Virus record (IMG/VR): IMGVR_UViG_3300037991_004722
Span: 53,970 to 73,969 of that record
Origin: an uncultured virus (IMG/VR IMGVR_UViG_3300037991_004722)
Taxonomy: Duplodnaviria > Heunggongvirae > Uroviricota > Caudoviricetes
Direction: 5' to 3' (one strand)
DNA: 20,000 nt
The notes under the pieces are model-generated. The model was not told the origin of the DNA and did no database searches. It was given only the letters and a program-made list of their open reading frames with translations. Both the position numbers and the translations under genes were made by a program. Below are positions 16,601 through 20,000 of the stretch, piece by piece (position 1 is the stretch's first letter; each line of letters opens with the position of its first letter).

Positions 16601-17376
16601 CAAGCGTGGCCGCACCAGTTGGTGGTCGTTTCTCGAATATAGATCAGATGCTGAGGTTTGGTGGGTTTGGAACACTTTCCAGAGAAAGGATTGCTACCAG
16701 GGAAGACGAAGAAGAAGGCAACCCATCAATTGAAAATGGATACGACCAATCGATTGACATCGGCCCCGTAGCTGACTTTAGTGCTCAAACGAACGAGAAG
16801 CAGGACAAAGCCGATGGGCTGTATGAAACGCTGCTTATGATTGAGGCTGAATATGGGAGCTTGTCTCCAGAGGACGCAGAGGGCAAGCGCGGCGAGGTTC
16901 TGGAGAACTGGTACTCGAAGACATCTGATGAGTACAAGGTTGCTCAGGATGATCTCGATCGGTCAGAATATGACCGCTACTTTATGGGTGGCGATTTTTA
17001 TTACGACACTATTCCGGGTGGCGTTGAGAGATACGATGATTCTCGCGCATTCTCTGTACAGGCGCTTCGCGGCCCGAAGATTGTTATGGATATTCCGCTT
17101 CGTGAGGCTCAAGAGAATCAACAGCGTCAGAGATTTGCCGCCACTGTTGAGGCGGGTTCACCGATGGTTGATTTGTTTGGCAAATCTGGAATGATGAATC
17201 GTTATGTCTTTAATAAGGCAAAGCACTTTAATCATCCTGTACAATCAGTTCAGTTGAACTTTTCAGAAAAAGAATCACTGAAAAAAGATATTGCTAATGT
17301 TGAAGATTTGCATGAGTCAGGTTTGATATCATTCTTGTTATACAAAGAGTTGATTGGTGACGTAACGTTACTTTAG
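10660..17376 (+). CDS. giant polyvalent multidomain phage protein, ~2238 aa, probably virion-packaged/injected
   Basis: Single ORF (spans an N-gap) containing an EEIQSDWHQ domain, ART-like, ParB/Srx-like (HEGRHR) and DUF5591-like (PC..SKPW, SEPLGIVP, YDVPG) modules and two hydrophobic Gly/Ala segments. Confidence 0.8.
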   Translation: MASEDAVLMGGLRGFRSDTGEPLETQIEPVESKNVDDLRERYRNLQSVDRPEYRGFKVPAGMNQVQTDAWFAEIDAREDERERKESFFRYSAPKFFAEGSQYLFGDPINVTGMPREEFEEQRRLEREKYDLDEVKGEPEFVKDVRGSGVRQVGLDLMDDPVGTTQKARRAFDEMVEKAILEDDVESARNLADIASFKDPTGVSDLLSAVSSARLAYDRPDDRYRHLTDTAISGLAAAIPLVGSGLVKQIIRGAPDAAKAAPDAPAPVFEAAAERMVERLPDKIGVQALESTLGRKKNPKSGEVVRYTKDVKDKNTGEIIHKKGDKKLTPSGEEILHPEFIYKDISESEWNDTNFDDFINAAKASGKKSVTKDEFIQHLEDNKVQIEEVRLVEGAPPPQELQDLMRKRVEASRSLKSESQELAKILAPGENFGTHRHKFEQNAYHYHGLYVDYLAKHWDVAENMNRGDVPDDMWEIVSKLKDLENNVPISDLTVEHGALITEVRNAVNAKLADPEYLEFARRRKTELTSGSRRTEAEHNSMMDDVAQFENLQRVGRALNQIPEAESRLIALRNFQSSPKYQEYASVQNQFQRKLEELTPEIQGKRPQYEIYTVPGGEDYQEILLTVPQKVNKDFLSWHKSMLDRTMGPRSGTGPDPDSYDLLPAEQQKAARAQYRTEMDKEPFVSPEFTDSHHGHIPNVMVHIRTKTRIDSKGRRILFVEEIQSDWHQAGRKRGYEGKYILKGEVDEALKKLEDAQKNLLDWMAENPNVSITDQRPELVNLRVKASEAADGLIRQAQESNLDIGVGSTRMDDSGKIVFDTPISGEIEVSAIREYSPRYISQGGDEVPNAPLKDTKEWTALAIKRIFREAAEQGYDGVAFSRSDVITPLVTLPKDEAXXXXMFGNPEAFLDRLAELKQLGGEYAEGAEQAENVFGGNQYYYDKLIPSIAKRETKAKQGTTLIDVGDKSLEVPFFELTDKVKDRVIKPQKLYSVALPGIAIGAAAAEEEELSAAAALGAIGLGGMALYKGMKGARAAKLSTAGSTDPHLVPKSEWKKSIDREELGPKVDNSRRYVAAIADELDDLPSAMEKYGRDFAYEVPELVRKMTGIKPDDKVKIYRAISADDPADGILPGDWVALDRSYAEMHGSSGYGDVGSKIVELEVPAKEIVWAGTSADEWHYAPLSARDNTVKSAHEAFVKDAIREGKEVPEEVLKDYPDLRAAADVAKPPAAKVARAATATAKGESYFDPDKLSQLKNLVEKPRRQENLIYMSPDEFLSLAEPLSKPTADKAERVAGLLERGEKFNSVPYLNLDESGQIFNHEGRHRAMALKKLGVEKMPVYLHSDDIRWNEQVLGKGDASYYVENLPKQLIGQDGKTKIKSPFHTEGPNRGKPLPEYSADAPKPPASGLSDFERAQLGTQKEGAKYPFITEENWPILREMILGKKTKSRSYKQTETFGPLDPELTAYTPGETLKLLSNPKIVNFHNKVSNYKIPDEYKTVVFVPCAASKPWGAAACSGNYYPAYNKILKGVESGEIPGPVFFATISEPLGIVPMDMWDDFPAYDVPGLFGNDPQRTGMFTADWNKSQFGQRYMIPFDKEAKDKSIDILGDVVAKFVENNQSPDRRFISFVDAKDMGSTTHSLMLERAEKTLDQEIVPSSLRFGKTDPEASRPGAKATYDHIKKILVETDAARTPASEDAFGARYAGETAQYTFTAPSKLPETPDEIQAAFSEMNRIQRGAPESAMESFQMRLPGQSPAGYLAEHIGDLTARLGHRAYGPVSEKVRNTHGDLLTGFETPPLKDVLSDKSYRKKLLDKGYERYSQLESLPPKTRDEYVKEFDEYLSNYADKHRNIPVYNEVQRLANDAAIALGEQRYTDVRDSLAKLQKYIDEGEERFKARMSWIEPEFARFPGGETPPGKAVKTELPDFSAEYKEAKEMQDLIERLSASKKASEQQDFLDAILKSHEAKPPAASKLPEEGNPNPSVAAPVGGRFSNIDQMLRFGGFGTLSRERIATREDEEEGNPSIENGYDQSIDIGPVADFSAQTNEKQDKADGLYETLLMIEAEYGSLSPEDAEGKRGEVLENWYSKTSDEYKVAQDDLDRSEYDRYFMGGDFYYDTIPGGVERYDDSRAFSVQALRGPKIVMDIPLREAQENQQRQRFAATVEAGSPMVDLFGKSGMMNRYVFNKAKHFNHPVQSVQLNFSEKESLKKDIANVEDLHESGLISFLLYKELIGDVTLL
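14328..16569 (+). repeat. intragenic linker repeats (A)KPPA(A/S)
   Basis: AGCCAAGCCCCCCGCCGCC exact at 14328-14346 and 16551-16569; CCAAGCCCCCCGCC at 14858-14871; degenerate copies at 15729-15740 and 16393-16410. Confidence 0.8.
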
Positions 17377-17384
17377 GGGATTTA

Positions 17385-18323
17385 ATGGCCAGAAACATTT
17401 CATATGACGATGCTGTTCTGTTGGGCCGTCTTACTCTTTTGATGGGTAAAGAGGACATGTCTTCACGGGAGGTGGATTCTGTGAATGATATGCTCAAGCA
17501 GATCAATAAGAGTCCAAACCGCGACGAACTTCAGTCAATGCTACGCGATTCTTTGAAAGGAACTTCTGCAGAATTTCGTGATTTTTATGGCGAAACAACG
17601 TTTCCTGGATCAAGTCGGTATGTGTCTCCTGAAAATCCAGAACCTGTTTATGGCCAACTGGATCGGCAGATGAAGCAAAAAGCGGAAGACGCGATGATCG
17701 ATCGTGAAGTTCAGTTCCAACCATCGATGCCCATGGAGGGCGAACAGTCTTTGTATCAACCAAGCGATATTAACAAATATCTTGGATATGTCGGGATGGC
17801 TTCCTCAATGGATCCGACTATGGAGGACCGAGAAAAGGTCTCTGTTGGCGGTCAGACCTACATGCTTCCGAGTGACCCAGTCGCACGAGAAAGATATCGA
17901 AAGTCTTTGATGCAGCAACAAGCTCAAAAAGATGCAGCCATGGCGGGAAGACGGCCCGTAATTTCATCCTCGCCAAGAATTGATGCTATTACACAGTCAT
18001 CGATGTTTGCTGACATGCGTAGCCGTCCCGCATATGACCAAGGGTTTAGAAAGGGCCTTGACGCTACCGAAAATACTGGAATGATGACAATGGACGATGT
18101 TCGCGGATCTGGTGATAAAGCTGAACGTTTTCGATCGACTGCTCTCGATAGGCTTCAATCTGTTCGATTCAAAGAAGACCCTGAACTGATTTATCAGCTT
18201 GGGTATCTTGAGGCTCTTGAGTCTGCAGAGCAAAAAATGATGGATGAGGATCGGAAATTCTTAGAAGAGGGAATTTCGTTTACTACATCTCCAGAAGACA
18301 TCATTGAAGAACCGGGACGTTAG
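17385..18323 (+). CDS. hypothetical protein, 312 aa (Met/Gln/Asp-rich, helical)
   Basis: Long ORF, GGGGA SD, in operon. Confidence 0.85.
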   Translation: MARNISYDDAVLLGRLTLLMGKEDMSSREVDSVNDMLKQINKSPNRDELQSMLRDSLKGTSAEFRDFYGETTFPGSSRYVSPENPEPVYGQLDRQMKQKAEDAMIDREVQFQPSMPMEGEQSLYQPSDINKYLGYVGMASSMDPTMEDREKVSVGGQTYMLPSDPVARERYRKSLMQQQAQKDAAMAGRRPVISSSPRIDAITQSSMFADMRSRPAYDQGFRKGLDATENTGMMTMDDVRGSGDKAERFRSTALDRLQSVRFKEDPELIYQLGYLEALESAEQKMMDEDRKFLEEGISFTTSPEDIIEEPGR

Positions 18324-18324
18324 T

Positions 18325-18681
18325 ATGGACTCAGAAGCAAAAAGACGCATGGAAGCCCTTTCGAAAGCCAAGGGGGTTTTAAAAAAGCGATATCGAAACC
18401 CTCCGATGCAGAACAAAAGCCTTGCTCAAAACGTTGAGTCAGAGATTGGACCGCCGTCTCCTCCTACTGCTGGTGATCGAGAGCGAGCAACAGAGTCCTT
18501 GAAGCTGTTTCTTAATCGTAAAGGTCTAGACGGTCTTCCTCGTTTGAGCGAGAGGAGTCGACCAGCCGTGGGTAACCCGAAAGAAGACTTGAAAGAAATT
18601 TCCGGCCAATTGACTAAAGCGTCTAAGATGCATGCTCGCCAGTCAGATCGTGTCGGCAAAATCGCTAAGAAGCTGAAGTAG
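18325..18681 (+). CDS. basic hypothetical phage protein, 118 aa
   Basis: ATG 1 nt after the previous stop; C-terminal L.KASKMHA.Q motif. Confidence 0.75.
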   Translation: MDSEAKRRMEALSKAKGVLKKRYRNPPMQNKSLAQNVESEIGPPSPPTAGDRERATESLKLFLNRKGLDGLPRLSERSRPAVGNPKEDLKEISGQLTKASKMHARQSDRVGKIAKKLK

Positions 18682-18683
18682 CC

Positions 18684-18983
18684 ATGGCCCAGTCTGCAGA
18701 CGCATTGTTGAAAGGTGGCATGAAAACCAACAAGCCTCGTCGAATCCGAAAAGGCGAACCCGGATACGGCAAGAAGAAGTTTGTTGTTGTTGCCAGCGCG
18801 GGCGGTAAGAAGAAGGTCATTCGTTTTGGCGATGCAAAGATGGCGATTAGACGTGACAACCCCAAGGCTCGAAAGAACTTTAGGTCTCGTCATGGTTGCG
18901 ACAAGTCTGGGGCAAAAAACAAGCTGACTGCAAAGTACTGGTCCTGCTATCAATGGCGCGCTGGTTCGAAGGTGAAGGGGTAA
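18684..18983 (+). CDS. conserved highly basic phage protein, 99 aa
   Basis: KKFVV...IRFGD..M.I..DNP.ARKNFRSRH.CD...TAKYWSC..W motif, recalled from aquatic phages. Confidence 0.8.
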   Translation: MAQSADALLKGGMKTNKPRRIRKGEPGYGKKKFVVVASAGGKKKVIRFGDAKMAIRRDNPKARKNFRSRHGCDKSGAKNKLTAKYWSCYQWRAGSKVKG

Positions 18984-19393
18984 TGCACGAAAACTTTTTG
19001 ATGCGAAACATGCGAGAAACCGGTCAGCCGGATGCGTGCCCTCGTGCGACAAAAGATCTTGAGTTGAACCTTCAGAATCGCCAGGATGCAATCGATACAA
19101 AGATGTACGGCCCAGCGAATCCTCAGCTTGATCAGTCGGGTAGAAACCAATCGTTTTGGCAGCAGTATGCGGACAAGTTCAAAGACACCATTGAGAATGT
19201 CATGAACATGCGCTGCGGCAACTGTTCTTTCTTTGATCGTTCTCCGAACATTTTGGAGTGCATTCAAGAAGGAATTGGAAACGAGGCAGACCCGGAGATG
19301 GCTGTAGAGGCTGGAGAGTTGGGATATTGCCAAGCTTTGGATTTTAAATGTGCCTCAATGCGCGTGTGCGTGGTTTGGGCTGGGAGGGTCTGA
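18983..19393 (+). CDS. conserved Cys-rich phage protein with HiPIP-like Cys spacing, 136 aa
   Basis: TAATG coupling; CP.AT, YGPANP, RCGNCSFF, GYC...FKC...RVC..W. Confidence 0.75.
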   Translation: MHENFLMRNMRETGQPDACPRATKDLELNLQNRQDAIDTKMYGPANPQLDQSGRNQSFWQQYADKFKDTIENVMNMRCGNCSFFDRSPNILECIQEGIGNEADPEMAVEAGELGYCQALDFKCASMRVCVVWAGRV

Positions 19394-19926
19394 TGTTTTT
19401 TTATGATCATGCAATGAGCCGCGATGACTTTATGGATCACCACCATGAACCAGAGCCAATGGGTGAAATTGATATGATGGACGGCTTGCGCGCCATGGCT
19501 TTGTTCAAGCGCAACCCTGGTCCCCTTGACCCCATGGACATCAGCCAAGACGTAAAGGAGGAGCTTTCAACAGCCCCTACAGCCTTTATGGAGCTTTGTG
19601 CCGATGGGTTTATCTCTGATGGGCTAAAGCGAGAGATTGAGCAGATGATCAAAGATCGCACCTTTTACAGCGATCAAACTGAAAGTCGGCTTCCAAGTAG
19701 CTTCATGCTGACTTTTACTGGGCCTGAAGTTCACATGAGGGACGGATATTCGTACCAATATGAATACGGCAACCCAAAAAAAAAGAACATCCCCACGAAC
19801 CCAAAGCTGTACGCCCGAGTAAAGGCAGAGGCCAAGCGTAAGTTTGATGTGTACCCCAGCGCTTACGCAAACGCATGGCTCGTACGCGAGTACAAGAAGC
19901 GTGGCGGCGGCTACCGGAAGGGGTAG
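19393..19926 (+). CDS. hypothetical protein with C-terminal DUF5872-like basic domain, 177 aa
   Basis: TGATG coupling; PTNPKLY.RVK.EAKRKF.VYPSAYA..W.V.EYKKRGGGY. Confidence 0.7.
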   Translation: MFFYDHAMSRDDFMDHHHEPEPMGEIDMMDGLRAMALFKRNPGPLDPMDISQDVKEELSTAPTAFMELCADGFISDGLKREIEQMIKDRTFYSDQTESRLPSSFMLTFTGPEVHMRDGYSYQYEYGNPKKKNIPTNPKLYARVKAEAKRKFDVYPSAYANAWLVREYKKRGGGYRKG

Positions 19927-19928
19927 TC

Positions 19929-20000
19929 ATGTCTCTCACTGAGTGGTTTGGTAAGGGCAAGAAGGGCGACTGGGTCGACATCTGTGCTCCTAAGTCTGGC
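19929..20000 (+). CDS. 5' end of a conserved phage protein (MSLTEWFGKGKKGDWVDICAPKSG...), partial
   Basis: ATG 2 nt after the previous stop; L..WF...WVDI motif. Confidence 0.65.
   Translation, partial: MSLTEWFGKGKKGDWVDICAPKSG

Noticed and set aside
11098..19100. Minus-strand ORFs 11098..11853 and 18426..19100
   Set aside because: Antisense to well-supported plus-strand genes.

Overview
Fragment of a dsDNA bacteriophage genome (scaffold with two N-gaps, 7717-7726 and 13346-13355); no housekeeping genes are present. It has three zones. (1) 1-5534 is a GC-rich minus-strand array of about 17 short early/host-takeover-type genes, including DUF2786, a Gp88/DUF7227-like Cys-rich protein and several Zn-finger microproteins. 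In 2300-5563 nearly every gene is preceded by the same stop-linker-(hairpin)-SD module (TAA-ACCCTCAACC-GGGGC[loop]GCCCC-...-GGAG-ATG). (2) About 5560-7330 is a 1.8 kb non-coding control region with a family of TTG(C/A)C-N17-TAA promoters, short direct repeats, and a ~1 kb minus-strand stretch of dense hairpins including a tRNA T-loop, a candidate giant structured ncRNA. (3) 7910-20000 is a lower-GC plus-strand block: two hypothetical genes, a RusA-family resolvase, a candidate promoter-to-terminator sRNA, two paralogous small virion-like proteins, a 2238-aa polyvalent protein (EEIQSDW domain, ART-like, ParB/Srx-like and DUF5591/ArcS-like modules joined by repeated AKPPAA linkers), and small conserved phage proteins. 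All family assignments come from motif recognition by eye; no searches were run.
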